This document shows, one piece after another, positions 48,985 through 61,570 of a stretch of 64,000 nucleotides of DNA. How positions within the stretch are numbered: position 1 is the first letter of the stretch; each line of letters starts with the position of its first letter. The DNA comes from Felis catus (Eukaryota): the NCBI RefSeq assembly GCF_018350175.1, contig NC_058368.1, forward strand, positions 208,818,001-208,882,000, written 5' to 3'. The translations under genes and the position numbers were made by a program. The notes beneath the pieces were generated by a model, which did no database searches, was not told the origin of the DNA, and was given only the letters and a program-made list of their open reading frames with translations.

Positions 48985-49578
48985 CCCTTCCACTCCTGGT
49001 TACTTGTTAAAATTACATATTTGGGTTCCCTTGTGGTTGACTGAGGCCAGTGACTGACCAAAGAGCATGAGCAGAAGTGGCATGTGTTTCTTTTTCTGAG
49101 CCTGACATTTAAATGCTGTTATGAGAGGCACCTGGGTGGCTCAGTCGGTTAAGCATCTGACTTGGGATCAGGTCATGATCTCACAGTTCGTGAGTTTGAG
49201 CCCCGCACCGGGGTCTGTGCTGACAGTTCAGAGCCTGCAGCCTGCCTTGGATTCTGTGTCTCCTTCTCTCTCTACCTCTCCCCTACTCACATTCTGCCTC
49301 TCTCTTAAAAATAAATAAACATTAAAAAAATTTAATTAAAAAAACAATAAATCCTGTTATGAGACCCTCAAGAGTCTCTTTCTTTTCCTGTAGGATGGCA
49401 ACCAGAAGCATTCGAGATGGTGGTTGTTCTGTCAATGTGGGGTAAGTATGATGGACAGAGCCACTCTGCCAACCCACAACAGACATGCGTGGTAAACGAG
49501 GAATGTCCCATTGTTTTCTGAGCCACTGAGATGTGGAAGTTGTTTGTTACCACAGCATATCTTAGCCTATCCTGACAC
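48985..49578 (+). mobile_element. MaLR LTR (MLT1-type) containing a Can-SINE
   Basis: tgagcagaagtggcatgtg...gagccactgagatgtggaagttgtttgttaccacagcata...tagcctatcctgaca. Confidence 0.7.
49127..49346 (+). mobile_element. Can-SINE
   Basis: TSD TAAAT(G/C)CTGTTATGAGA on both sides. Confidence 0.95.
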
Positions 49579-49599
49579 AGCAAGCTTTTATCATGATGA

Positions 49600-49990
49600 G
49601 GCATATTGTGGGCCATGAAGAGAAAGAGAGCAGTCAGCAGAGGCAGGAAGAGTAGCCAGTGTAAACGCTCAAAGGGATAGGGGAGTGGTAGGAAATAAAG
49701 TTGAGGAGGTAATCAAGGGCCAGATCATGTAGAATCTTTGGGGCATTGTAGGGATTTAGGATTTTATCCTGACTCGGGCAGGAAGCCATCAGGAGGTTTT
49801 AAGAAGATGGGTGACAGACGGGATCCGGTTTGTGATGTTAAAGGATTGTTCAAGATGCTTTGTGGAGTACAGACCATGGAGGAACAAAAGTAAGATGCAG
49901 GGAGACTGGAGAGGTCACTGCAATAATGTACATGGGTTATGGTGGTGACTTGGACCAGGGTCAGCAATGGTGGTGCTGGGAGGACTTCCT
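49600..49990 (-). mobile_element. L2 fragment
   Basis: gggccagatcatgtag...aggattttatcct...ggaagccatcaggaggttttaag...ggtgacttggaccaggg. Confidence 0.6.
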
Positions 49991-51367
49991 TAGGGTCTGG
50001 GAGTGAGGGGCCGAGAGAACAGGATTGAAGATGTAATCAGAATGACACCGAGCCTGAAGCCAATGCAGTGGCACCTCTAAGAAGACCAAGCTGTACATGC
50101 CTCATGAGGGGGAGGGTTGGAGTGTCATTCTGGACCTTTTCTGCCAGGAAAGTCGCCAAGTAAGAAGAGAGATGCTCCCTCCTGACATCCTAACTTTGTG
50201 TAAGGCAAGAGCTAGTGCAGGGGCGGGGCTGTGAGAGAGTCTGCCAGTCCCTGAGGTCTGGAATGCCATTAAAAGTGTGTATGCCAGGCCAGTTGGCTCA
50301 TGGTCAGGATGAATCTGCCACTGCTCCCTCTGACAATGTTTAGCATAAAATAAAAAATATGGCTTTCAAATGATACCACAAGGAAGATTCTTGAGCAAAT
50401 ATGGCCAAAGCTGCCCTGCAGAATGTTCTCAGAGGCAGGGATTCCATCCACCTCTAGCCTTCTTTTTCCATCTGGTCCTTCCCAGCCTTGCACTGAGGTC
50501 CAGCTGGACAATTGCTTTGGCCTCCTCACCTTCCAAACCTTCCCTTTCAACTCCATTCACGGCTTCCAAATTCATCTTCTACACCTCACCCTCCTATTCA
50601 AAATTCCTCTCTACCTTCCTGCTGCCAGTCAAATCCCTCAAACTGCCAATCAGAGACCCCACAATTTCTTCCAAACAAATATTTTCTGTAGTTGTTGTCT
50701 TTATGTCCCCCAAATCTTCCTTTTTAACTTAACCTCTATCCTTCAGTCACTATGGATGACCTACAGAACTTCAACATACACACTGAGCTTCCTACACTTT
50801 CCACAGCTGGCCCCTTGCCCAGGTCTTTCTCTCTGCCGGGAATATGCCGCCTTCTCTTCAGTGCACCAGATTCTCCCCAGCTGGTGTTCATCACCGACTT
50901 CACTATGGTCCTGCAGCCAAGCTTCCCATGTGTGGATCACGCTGATGGCATGGGCCCCCTTTCTTGTGTGTATGTGTGCACTAATCTCATGTTCTCTGCT
51001 ATGTTGAGGGCTCCTTGAGTGCTTGGGCCACATCTGGATCATCTTTGAATCCTGAAGAGCCCTGAGCATATGCTCTCACATGGAACAGAAACTCAACTCA
51101 AGCTGCCTTAAACAACGAAAGGGAATTGATTATCTCATGCACCTGGAAAGTCCTGAGGTAGATCCGGTGCAGAACAAGCTAGATCCAGGCTATCAATTAA
51201 CACCATGTGGAAGATCCCCCCTCAACCACTTCACTGTTTTCCATTGTGTTGGCCTCATTCTCAGACTGTCCTTCCCCCACGTGGTGGCAAAGATGTCCAG
51301 TGGAAGTTACAGGCTTAGGTCCCACTCTCTTAGATACCCAGTAGAAAGAATAGTAAGAGTGAGGTAG

Positions 51368-51555
51368 GGTTTTTTTGGGGGGAGGGGGCACTTGAGCAGG
51401 GGAAGGGGCAGAGGGAGAGGGAGAGAGAGAATCTTAAGCAGGCTCCACGCCCAGCACAGAACCCCACTTGGGGCTTGTTCTCACAACCATGAGATCATGA
51501 CCTGAGTCAAAATCAAGAGTTGGATGCTTATTGGACTGAGCCACCCAGGTGCCCC
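51368..51555 (-). mobile_element. Can-SINE
   Basis: ...gactgagccacccaggtgcccc; it sits in probable MaLR LTR sequence (~51080-51720). Confidence 0.92.
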
Positions 51556-52127
51556 ATGTAGTGAGTTTTTTACTTGATAATTCCATCAAGGATATTGGGG
51601 GAGATTCTGACTGGCCAACTAGAGCCAGAGCCAGATGCCAATGTGTCAACTGATCACTATAGCCAGAGGGATGGATAACTCTGTCCTGGCCTAGGACATG
51701 TGTTTATGTTTGGTGCCAGCTGGTAGGCTGACTTCACTAAACTGTATGGGCTAAGAACATGGGAGGTCAGACGCTGTGAAGGAAATATAGGTGCTGTGAC
51801 CTGAAGGAGGAATGAGGGATGCTGAGAAGGCAAAAACGACAGATGTCCATGACAGTCATTTTCTGTGATAGCACATTCCAGCAAACAATTTGGCACCTCT
51901 TTTTTCAGGTTGATTTTGACAACCATCTGCTCAAAGAAATTAAGGTTTCCATCTTGGCTTATATGCTTGGCCATAACAGCAAGTTCATATGACAATTCAA
52001 ACAGAACAACAGGGAGTAGGGGGCATTAGTTAGGAAATAACTGGAAGAAATATGAGTATTGGTACTTCAATCTTTTTTACAAAAAAATGGAATATTGGAT
52101 GGGTGTATGGATGGATGGATGCACAGA

Positions 52128-52183
52128 GGAAGGAAGGAAGGAAGGAAGGAAGGAAGGAAGGAAGGAAGGAAGGAAGGAAGGAA
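52128..52183. repeat. (GGAA)14 microsatellite, preceded by (GGAT)n
   Basis: Direct count. Confidence 0.95.
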
Positions 52184-52369
52184 CTGTTACATTTATTTGA
52201 TTGTGCCATTTGTCAGATTAAAACCCTGTTATAATGGGCCCCATTAGAAAGTTCAAAGAAGGTTCAGTTAATAGAAAACCCTATCGCAATGGTTTAAATA
52301 GGGGCTTATTTATCTCACACAACTGAGTGTTTATGGATATGTACATGGTGTGTGCCACAGGAGTAATTT

Positions 52370-53060
52370 TTGCAGGCAGATCTACCAATGGATATTAAAA
52401 TTAGTGGGCATACGGTTGAGAAAAGGATACTTATATTATCTCAAAGTATCTATTCCAAGATATTTATTAATTACAAAGGGACAAATAGTAACTTTACATT
52501 GGAGAAACTCAGCAGACACCACCTTAACCAGTGATCAGGGCTAAGATTACTAGTAATAAGACATACTGATATCATGCTCCCTGATATAAATGAGAAGAAT
52601 ACAACATCACTTCTTTTATTTTTGCCAAAAATGCAAAGCCTCAATCTAGCCTTGAGAAAACATCAAAATCATATTGAAGAACGTTCTACAAAATAATTGA
52701 CCAGAAATGTTCAAAAGCGTCACGTACAAGAGAGACAAGTAAAGACAGAAGAATTGTTCCCAGCCTGGGGGAGACTAAGGACATATGACAACTAAATTCA
52801 GGTGGGAACTTGGGTTGGATCCTGGAACAGGAAAAAACATTCATAGAAAAACTGGGGAAATCTCTCTTAATAAGACCTGTAGTTTCATTAATAGTATTGT
52901 ACCAAAGTTAATTCCACAGGTTTCATTATTGCACGCAGTTATGGAAGATGTTAGCATTAGGGGAAGCTGGGTGAAGGATACAAGGGAACTCTCCTCTTAT
53001 TATTTTGACAACTTTTCTGTCAGTCTAAAATTATTTCAAACTTTAAAGTTAAAAAAGAAA
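52370..53060 (+). mobile_element. Old L1 (L1MC-type) 3'UTR
   Basis: atatttattaattacaaaggga...agtaactttaca...caccaccttaacca...ggagactaaggacatatgacaactaaat...ggggaagctgggtgaagg...tctaaaattatttcaaa. Confidence 0.8.
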
Positions 53061-53699
53061 ACTGTGTGTTGGTTCTTACTAAACTTATAGACCAGTGGTC
53101 ACCACAATGCAAAGATTTATAGGATTAAGGCTCAAGTCATACAGATAAGTGATCTTATAGTATGGAGGAAGGAGCACACGCTATGGCCTTGATACTTGTG
53201 ATGTCTCTAGGTTTAGGCAAATTGTGGCACTTGTGCTAGACCTTGAAAGCATGGGCCAAGGGGTGAGAGGACTTCCATAAGGGACCCCAACTGAGCAAAG
53301 ATACAGAAGTGTGAATTAATGCACATGGCATGTTCTGAAGGCTGCCCAAACTTCTTCCCAGGTGAAGAAATAGACTTTGGGCTCTCACTTGGAATTAGCA
53401 TTCTGGAATTTCAGGACATGGGATTGGCTGTGGGACACAGAAAAATTGGAGGGGAAAGACAGCATCTTTGGAGAAAGTGTTTTGGAAAAATACATACTGG
53501 ATATATTTCTGTGTTCAAACACACATTAAAAATAAGAATGAAGTCTGAGACTAAAAGCTAGAGTACACATGTTAGGAGAGAGCTTTTAAGGGCACCACGC
53601 TGATTTAGACCAGGATATTGCAGGGCGAATATGCCTTTAGAGGACCAATGAATGATGTGGAGTCAGCTGAGGAGTTGTGCTTATCTCAGTCTCATGTCA

Positions 53700-53872
53700 A
53701 CCAGACTTCCAAACTTCCTCCAACGTCAGTGTGCACACAGAGCACCCAGGGATCTTGTTAAAATGCAGATTCTGATTCAGTAGTCTGGGGTGGAGCCTAA
53801 GATTCTGCATTTCTAACAAGCTCCCAGGTGATGCCAATGCGGCCAGTCCTCAAACCTTGCTTTGGATAGCAA
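53700..53872. mobile_element. MER5A-type hAT MITE
   Basis: gggatcttgttaaaatgcagattctgattcagtagtctggggtggagcctaagattctgcatttctaacaagctcccaggtgatgc. Confidence 0.85.
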
Positions 53873-55419
53873 CGATACCGACCACTGGAGATGTCTGAGC
53901 TGCAGAAAGACAGCAAAGACAATAGAGAGCTGAAATATGTCCAACACATCTGTGCAGGTTCTGAATACCTTCCTGGCTTTCATGTACAGATAAATAGTCA
54001 TAAGCAGAGTTAACATGGAAAGCTGAAGAATTTGTCTGAAAAGCCCTATCAGGCAAGTAGCATCAGTTTGAAAAGCAGGTGGTATCTGCCCTCTGGGAAC
54101 ACAGAATCCAGAGGTGAAGCCACGATGCATCTATAACACTGACTATTTTAACCAGTCCATTGAGCCCAGGCCTGAACTACAGACGGTTGGCACAGGGCCT
54201 CTCAGGGGCAGCAGAGAACCAGCCAGGTGAAGACTCCCTTACAACAACCTCACTGCCACCAATGCCTCTGGCCTGGTATGGCCTGGCTGTGCAGTACGTC
54301 CAGCAAGCTGAGCTCTTTCTCATCCCTTCTTCTGTCATCGCATATCAAGTCTCATTACATACCCTTAACCCTTCTCAGCTCAAACATCCCATTACCCAAG
54401 AAAAGACCTTCCAGCCTTCCCACCAAAATGCACCACCATATGCAAAAGTTCAGGAGTTGGGAGGTAAGGAAAAGACCCTTTGACCTCTCCGAGGGACTTA
54501 TACGCTGCTCTTCTACAGGATAGAAGTGATTTCTACCTCCTCTACTTATCAGGCAAGTCAGGAACACCATGAGCTTCTTGCCTAAACAATCAGATTCTGT
54601 TCTACCAAATGAGCAGAGTAATGAGTGCTTCCTGCCCACATTGTGGTGACCAGAACACAACCTGTGCCCTCAAGATGTTCCTGGTCAATGGGGAAAGAAG
54701 GTCAAGATAACACTGAATCCGGTGCCAAAGGCTGCAGGAACCCAAAGGAGGAATGCCCTATGGACAGTAGGGGCTGGAAAACTGAGAGATACACCCTGAA
54801 TAAGGGAGTCTGGTGGCTTCCTCCTGAAGCCCCACCTTCTCCATAAAAGACACCTTAGTGTCTACGTCTCCATGTGGACTGTCAAGACCTTTGGCTCATG
54901 GAACTTCCCTGCTATTAGGTGCAGACTCTGTAGCAAATCCTGAAAGCCAATTCAGTTCAGCCTCACATGGCACACTGTCTCTGCATTCCCCGTAATTGGA
55001 GTCTTCCTTACAACTGCCTTGTTTCTCCCCAGGTCTCTAAATCATGGCCCCCAGATCTTCCTAAGCCCCTTTACTCTGAGTCTTAGTATTCACTCACTGC
55101 CCTGGCTTCAGGGCCCCTACCCAGAGCATGAATCCTGCACCCTGTCAGCCCCAGCACTGCCCCACCTCTTCCTCACCATGCTCCCCACTTTCTGAGCAGC
55201 TAGGACAAGAATGCCCCCACCCTGTCCCCACCCACCCACCATCGTCCCCAGCATTTGTTTGATCCTCTTCTCATACTGGCTGGTTTGGGGGAACACTTTC
55301 CCCTTCTCCATCCAGATCCTAGTATTTGAAGTCTGTGTCCACTGACATCAGCTGGGGATCAACTATTAGATGGCTGTTTTCTATAAACCCAAACTCATCC
55401 CTCGGGTATCTGATGGATA

Positions 55420-55720
55420 ATGTTTTTGAGGTTCATCCACATTGTAGCAGATTTCAGAACTTCATCCCTTCTTACGGCTGACTGATATTCCTTTGTATGT
55501 ATATGCCATAATCCGTCTATTCATCTGTTGATGGACATTTGGGTTGTTGCTGCTTTGGGCTATTACAAATAATACTGCTGTGAACATGTGGGTACAGGTT
55601 TCTTTGTGGATGCTTTCATTTTTCTTGCGTATACATGTAGGTATGGGATTGCTGGGTCATGGAGTAAAAGTTGAACTTTGTGAGAAACCACCACCGCAGC
55701 TGCACCATTTTACTCTTCCT
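55420..55720 (-). mobile_element. L1M fragment (reverse)
   Basis: aatgtttttgaggttcatccacattgtagca...gttgatggacatttgggttg...ttgggctattacaaataatactgctgtgaacat...gggattgctgggtcatgg. Confidence 0.8.
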
Positions 55721-55818
55721 TCCTACCATTGTCATTATCAATATTATAGCAGCTAATATTTATTGGGAGCACAATGGATCAGACACCATGTTCTAAGACA
55801 ATAGTATGAAGTTGATAC

Positions 55819-56410
55819 TGAAGAAAAACAGAATATGTCACCCCCAAATGGCCCTCTTTGATATAAAAATTATTTTGAGCTAAAGGCAATTAAGAAGAAA
55901 CAAACTCAGACAAAACTCCTCTTTTTCTGCCTCAAGGCAATACATAAATTCTCCTTTTACTGGAGACAGGTTCTTATCAGCCCAGAGGTGGCCCCAGAGG
56001 AACCTGCAAATAAATCTTACTCCATCAGTTCCCTCCCATATACTTACCTCCCACAGGCTGCCGCGATGCCTAACACTGCCTTCCTTTGTCCCGTCATTTC
56101 TCCAAAGATTTCCAGTTCTTTGTTGAAGATGCCAGATAAGCCAAATTTCTGAGCCACTGCTTTGAGTTACTTTCTGTTCCATTTTCTCCTGCGTGGTATG
56201 TGTTGCACATGTTAATAAACTGTTTGTTTATCTCTTGTTAATCTTTTTTTCCCCTTGTTAATCTTTTTGTTTAAGAATCACAGCTGAGGGGCTCCAAGGT
56301 AGCTCAGTCGGTTGAGCACCCAACTCTTGGTTTCAGTTCAGGTCATGATCCCAGGGTCGTGGGATGGCGCCCTGAGTCAGGCTCCATGCTGAGCATGGAG
56401 TCTGCTTAAG

Positions 56411-56462
<52 letters not shown>

Positions 56463-56529
56463 ATATAAATAAATAAGAATCACAGCTGAAACCTAAGATG
56501 GGTAGAGGTTAAGTTCAGCCTTCCCTACA
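55819..56529 (+). mobile_element. ERV1 solo LTR (MER34-like) with a nested Can-SINE
   Basis: TG...CA termini; 5' cagaatatgtcacccccaaa...attattttgagctaaaggcaatt typical of MER34-family LTRs; AATAAA at 56214. Confidence 0.7.
56288..56473 (+). mobile_element. Can-SINE nested in the LTR
   Basis: TSD TAAGAATCACAGCTGA on both sides; long (CT)n. Confidence 0.93.
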
Positions 56530-56899
56530 GTATCATCGTCTTCATTTTATGGATGGGAAATTGTAACACAGTGACTTTCCCAAGATCACACAGGTAGGAT
56601 GTGGTGCAGCCTGCCTTGGAATACTTAGAATGCACGAATCAAGTCCAGAGTAGAGGTAGCACTTGGGGCACAGAGGGAGGGGAGTTACGGGATGGGCCCA
56701 TAAAGGAAGGGACCCTAAGCTACATCTTGGAAGATGAGTGGGCATCCGCCAGTAGATGTTGGGGAAGAACGTGAGGTCTCAGGGCAGCAGAGAGAACTGA
56801 GTGAGCAAAGGCACTGTGCTTTGTGTGCATGAATGTGAGGTGCTGTATCTCCAGCACCTACCTGGTGCTTGGCACAGAGCAGGTACATGGTAACATGTG

Positions 56900-57580
56900 C
56901 TGAGTGAAGATGTTAGAAGGGTGAAGTAAGAGAGAATGCTGGAGAGCTGGACAGTGTCCAGATCAAAGGGAGCTTTGCCCACCTTAGTGAAGAGTATGTA
57001 CCTTATCGTGTGGGTAACGTGAAGACTTTTGAGGGCAGCATCATAATTATACGTGTGCCACAGAAAGACCACGGCAGCAACAGTGTGGAGTATGGCTCAG
57101 AGTAGATCTGTGCAGAGGCAGGGAGCCCAGTTAGGAGGCGACAGCAATAGCCCAGGAGAAGGATGCGGGTGAAGGTCTGTACCAAGGCAATAATGCACAG
57201 GATGGGAAGGAGAGAAGACTAGCACGATGAATGGAAAGAAAAAAATAATCTGCCAGCTGGGCAACAGATTGGATTTCAGGACAGAGGGGGAAGGGAGAAG
57301 GTGGGATTGTGACTCCTTTCTAGGTTGATGTTTGGATGATGGGACTGATGGAGGGTGGGCACTGGTGGGCACAGTAGATGCCAATGCTTGGTGATGCGTT
57401 CTCCACATTGGCTGTGTTGTATTTAGTCTGCATAGGGAATAGGAAGGTGATTGGTAGATGGCTGAGTCCCAAGTTCAGGAGAGAAGGAAGGGGATAGAGA
57501 ATTAAGGGTTGTCAGTACCCAGGTCATCACTGACACCCCTGGCTGGATGAAACGCCAGGGATATGGGCAGAAGCAGGGAA
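56900..57580 (-). mobile_element. L2 fragments
   Basis: agttaggaggcgacagcaatagcccagg...aacagattggatt...tgactcctttctaggtt. Confidence 0.5.
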
Positions 57581-57822
57581 AGAGGGGCATGGAGACACAG
57601 CGCCCTGCAAATGGGCTGGACCTACCACTACCACTGTGCCTTCCCCAATCCACTTAGACACTTACAGCTTGGTTCCTTTTTCTCAATAATGAACTAACCT
57701 GAGCTAGTCAGAATCAGTTTTCCAGTCCAGATCCCACCTTCCTTTCTACTCCCTGCCCCCACACATGTAGTTACATCATCACTTGCTTTCTTTTCCTTTA
57801 CACATAGAAGATATTTCAAGGA

Positions 57823-57979
57823 GGGGCGCCTGGGTGGCACAGTCGGTTAAGCATCCACCTCTTGATTTTGGCTCAGTTCAAGATCACACAGATCAAGCCC
57901 CGCATTGGGTTCTGTGCCGATGGCTTGGAGCCTGTTTGTGACTCTGTATCTCCTTCTCTTGGCCCCTCCCCTGCTTGTG

Positions 57980-58013
<34 letters not shown>

Positions 58014-58047
58014 ATAAATAAAAACTTAAAAATAAATTAAAAATAAA
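57823..58047 (+). mobile_element. Can-SINE
   Basis: TSD AGAAG(A/C)TATTTCAAGGA. Confidence 0.95.
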
Positions 58048-59332
58048 AGAAGCTATTTCAAGGAATATGTGGGTGCAATTTCTTTGCCATCCTGGGCATC
58101 TCATTCATTAACTTGAATTCATCATTTTCAGGCATTGGGGAATATCTGACTATAAGATTCTGTGGAAGAGAGAAAGCTTTCTTTTGCCTAGAAGAAAGGA
58201 TGTGCCCCTCAAAACGGAATTTGGCGGTAGTGGGAAGAGAGCAGATGCAGATATGGGCAGCGCCCTCGCAAGGAACAGAAGCCCTGGCCTGGGGACTCAG
58301 TGTCCCTTGGGCCCTGGTGGCAGGGCTGACTCAGATTCTCTTCCCGAGACAACTAACTGTCTCTCTCTCCCCAGTCAGACATTCGATGCCTCTGACTCTG
58401 CTCTGTTCCGTCTGCCTGCTGCAAGGAGGGACCGAGCTGGCTCTGCCAGTGAGGGATTCCAAACCTTGCCATGGTGATTTCGCGCTGGAAATGAACTAAT
58501 CCACCTTCTGCTTTCATCTCCGTCTTGGGAGCTTGGGGAGGGTGGGTCTGCCCCTGGACTCGCCCTTGATCTGTGGACAAAATGCAGTGACACAGCCTGT
58601 GGGCTAAGTCTCAGCCCTTGGACCTGGGAAAGGGCCTTGACTTCTGCCTGCCTGAGAAGCCGCTGGGGAGCAGACAGCCCTCCCCGGAATGACCTGGGCC
58701 CAACCCCTTTTTTTTTTTTTAACTTGGTCTCTCTACTTTGATCACCTGTCACCTCTTTCTGCAAACACTCCTCCTTGCTCCTGAGTCTGCCATGAAATTT
58801 TAATTTAAATGTTAATAATGAAAAACCATTCTCACTTTATATTTCCCAGTTTAACTTTTTAAAGGATGGTGCTTTTAGACTTTGACTTTCAGCCTGGGAG
58901 AAAGGGTACTCATAAAATAACAGTGTTCACAGCTCAGTTAAGTTCCTTAAAGCACCATTTCTGGATATATCTTGTGAAGTTACAGTTTATAAAAACAAAA
59001 CCTCCAAATGGCTTTAAGAACGAAACCATTTTCAGATTAGCAATCAGATTAACTTATAAACATTTTCCCCTATTTATTTAATGTTCCCCATCCAAATGGA
59101 GAATGTAGTTTGTGCAGAAATGTGTTGATGCTGCTGTGGGAAGGGGAGCTTCCGGGGCCCTGCTGGCCCTTGTTTTTCCCCCCATTTCAGCTCCCCTGAC
59201 TCTCCCCATGAGCAAGCAGACACATGCACGATGGGCATGGCACATGGGGACTCACATAAAACTAGGAGGCAGCCAACAAGACTGTAGCTAAAATATAATC
59301 CACATCAGCTGCAAAAGTGATTTCCCCCTACC

Positions 59333-59470
59333 TTTTTTTTTTTTTTTTAAGTAGGGTTCATGTACAGCATGTAGCCCAGTGCAGGGCTTGAACTCACAAG
59401 CCTGAGATCAAGACCTGAGCTGAGATCAAGAGTCGGACACTTAACTGACTGAGCCACCCAGGTGTTCCCC
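59333..59470 (-). mobile_element. Short Can-SINE
   Basis: T tail...gggcttgaactcacaagcctgagatcaagacctgagctgagatcaagagtcggacacttaactgactgagccacccaggtg. Confidence 0.9.
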
Positions 59471-59751
59471 AAAACTGCAACCCCTTTTAACCACAACCCC
59501 AGGGCTCATTTTGCCCTTCTGACAACCCCCCATGCCTTTTCCACCCAAAGGTTGGCCTTTTCTGACAGTGTTCTTCTCAACCTTGCTGCTCCAGCATACC
59601 TTTGCTATTAGGACAAATAGTATTAATGGAGTGCCTTCTGTTTCCTCTGTACCCTAAAGACACTAAAGGCACTACCTCATCCAATCCTGAACAAAGTTAG
59701 GAAGAGGCCAGGAGCAACCACATTTTACAGCGAAAATCCTAAAGCTCAGAC

Positions 59752-59918
59752 GGGCGCCTGTGTGGCTCAGTTGGTTAAGTGACTCTTGACTTCGGCTCAG
59801 GTCATGATCTCCCGGTCAGTCGTCTGACACGGCGCCACGCTGGACGTGAAGCCTGCTTAAGATTCTCTTTCCCTCTGCTCCTTTCCCGCTCCCAACCCCC
59901 TCTCTCTCAAAACAAAAC
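59752..59918 (+). mobile_element. Can-SINE inserted in a MIR
   Basis: TSD CCTAA(A/G)GCTCAG; flanks read cattttacag...cagttgctaagcagcagagccaggg (MIR). Confidence 0.88.
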
Positions 59919-60859
59919 ACCTAAGGCTCAGGGACTTTCCTATCAACCTGGTTAGGGGCACCCAGTTGCTAAGCAGCAGAGCCAGGGTCTAGCCCACGAG
60001 AGGCTGACTCCACAGCACAAGCACACTCTTCCCATCTCGCCCTCTGACACTAGGCAGCTTCACCTGAAAGACGGAAAGGTGGGTTACAGATGTCACACCC
60101 CCCAAATGAGCAAGGAAGAGAACAAAGAAAACTTTTTCTTCTCTTGCAGCTGTGGCTCTCTGGCCGATATATATCTTACCAGAAATGGAAGTGCCCAAGT
60201 ATTTATTTGTAAGAAGTGCAGAGTAGTACAGTAGGAAAAACATTCACCCAAGAACCAGGAGCTCGGGGACTCAGGCTTTTGCACTCGTAAGTTGGGTTGA
60301 CCTTGAGTATAGGTGTAAATCAATCACACCCTCTGTTCTTGTTTCTTCCTCTGTCAAGTGAGGGTAAACAATGCTTACTCTACCGTCTTCTCAAGGCGGC
60401 TCTGAGGATCAATGAGGTGATCAAAGCGAAAATTATAAAATGTCCTACAAATCATGTATAAATACACGTTTTTGTATGGATGTATTTACGCCTGACAAAA
60501 GAACATTTTGGGATCACTGAATGCATTTCTTAGCTCTGTTCTTGGGCACAACGTTCGATTTCTCTTGGCCTCAGTTTCCCCAGCTGTAAAATACGGCCAT
60601 GAGGTTCATTGAACCGTAAACTTCTTTCTAGCTCTGACCTGCAGCAGATTGATGGCTCTTGCTGATTCCTACCATGCTTTCCAACCAGCCCTTGGTGACT
60701 AAGAGAACCCAGAGATGGAGTTCCCTTGCCCAGAACCATCTGCTCTCTCAGCCAAGAGGAGGCTGGATATTACACAGCAAAGGTGTCTCCAAAGAAGCTG
60801 AACTGCAAAAAAACAGCAGAATTAAGTTCAGAGAGGAATCATAAAGTTTGTCCCCTCCA

Positions 60860-61570
60860 CAGTGTTTATCAATGGACATTATGCACCACATGGTGGGAAT
60901 AAGACAGGGTTGAAGGAACAGTCCAGATCAGGAGACAGACTTTAAATATTTTCCCAGGCAATTATTTAATTGGAGTTGTGACATAGAATAAGACTGTTGA
61001 TCAGGAGATTATATAATGGAGCAGAGGGGTCTCAGAAGGATTTCCCAAGGAAGTGGGAGGAGGGTCTCAAAGGAGGGTCTGGATTTGGGAGAGGGTTAAG
61101 AAGAGGGTAGAGGATGTTCCACACGGAAGGAACATCCGGTGCAAAGGTCTTTCAAGGAGGAAAGTTCTTGATATATTTGAGTTGCTGAAAATAAGTTGAT
61201 TTGGCTGTAATGCTGGTAATGGTGGGGAGAGTGGCATGGTTCCAGATACGGACAGGCACAGATCATTCAGGGTCTTAGAGCTCAAGATGAGAAATTTGGG
61301 CTTTATCCTAAGATCACAGAGATGCCACTGGAAGGTTTTAAGCTAGAGGATATTTTCCAAGCAATTGTCCAGAAGGGAAGCAGCAAGTCTACTAGAGGGG
61401 TGTAGGAGCGGGTACACCCAAACCAGTCAAGAGGTTGGTGCAGTGGTCAAAGCCAAGAGTGGACAGTGGTTGGGATAGGATGGTGGCCACAGCGGTAGAG
61501 AACTGGAGAAGGAGCTGAGAGATACTTAAGAGGTGGAATGCTTGGGATGTGATCATTGATTGAGGGTAGT
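60860..61570 (-). mobile_element. L2 fragment
   Basis: ggatgttccacacggaaggaacatccggtgcaaaggtc...aatttgggctttatccta...gccactggaaggttttaagc. Confidence 0.6.

Noticed and set aside
50423..51007. 194-aa ORF
   Set aside because: Pyrimidine-rich low-information sequence, probably decayed repeat; no splice structure or domain seen.
59333..59918. Second inverted SINE pair
   Set aside because: The copies are short, diverged and from different subfamilies, and lie outside the GDNF transcript, so a stable duplex is unlikely.
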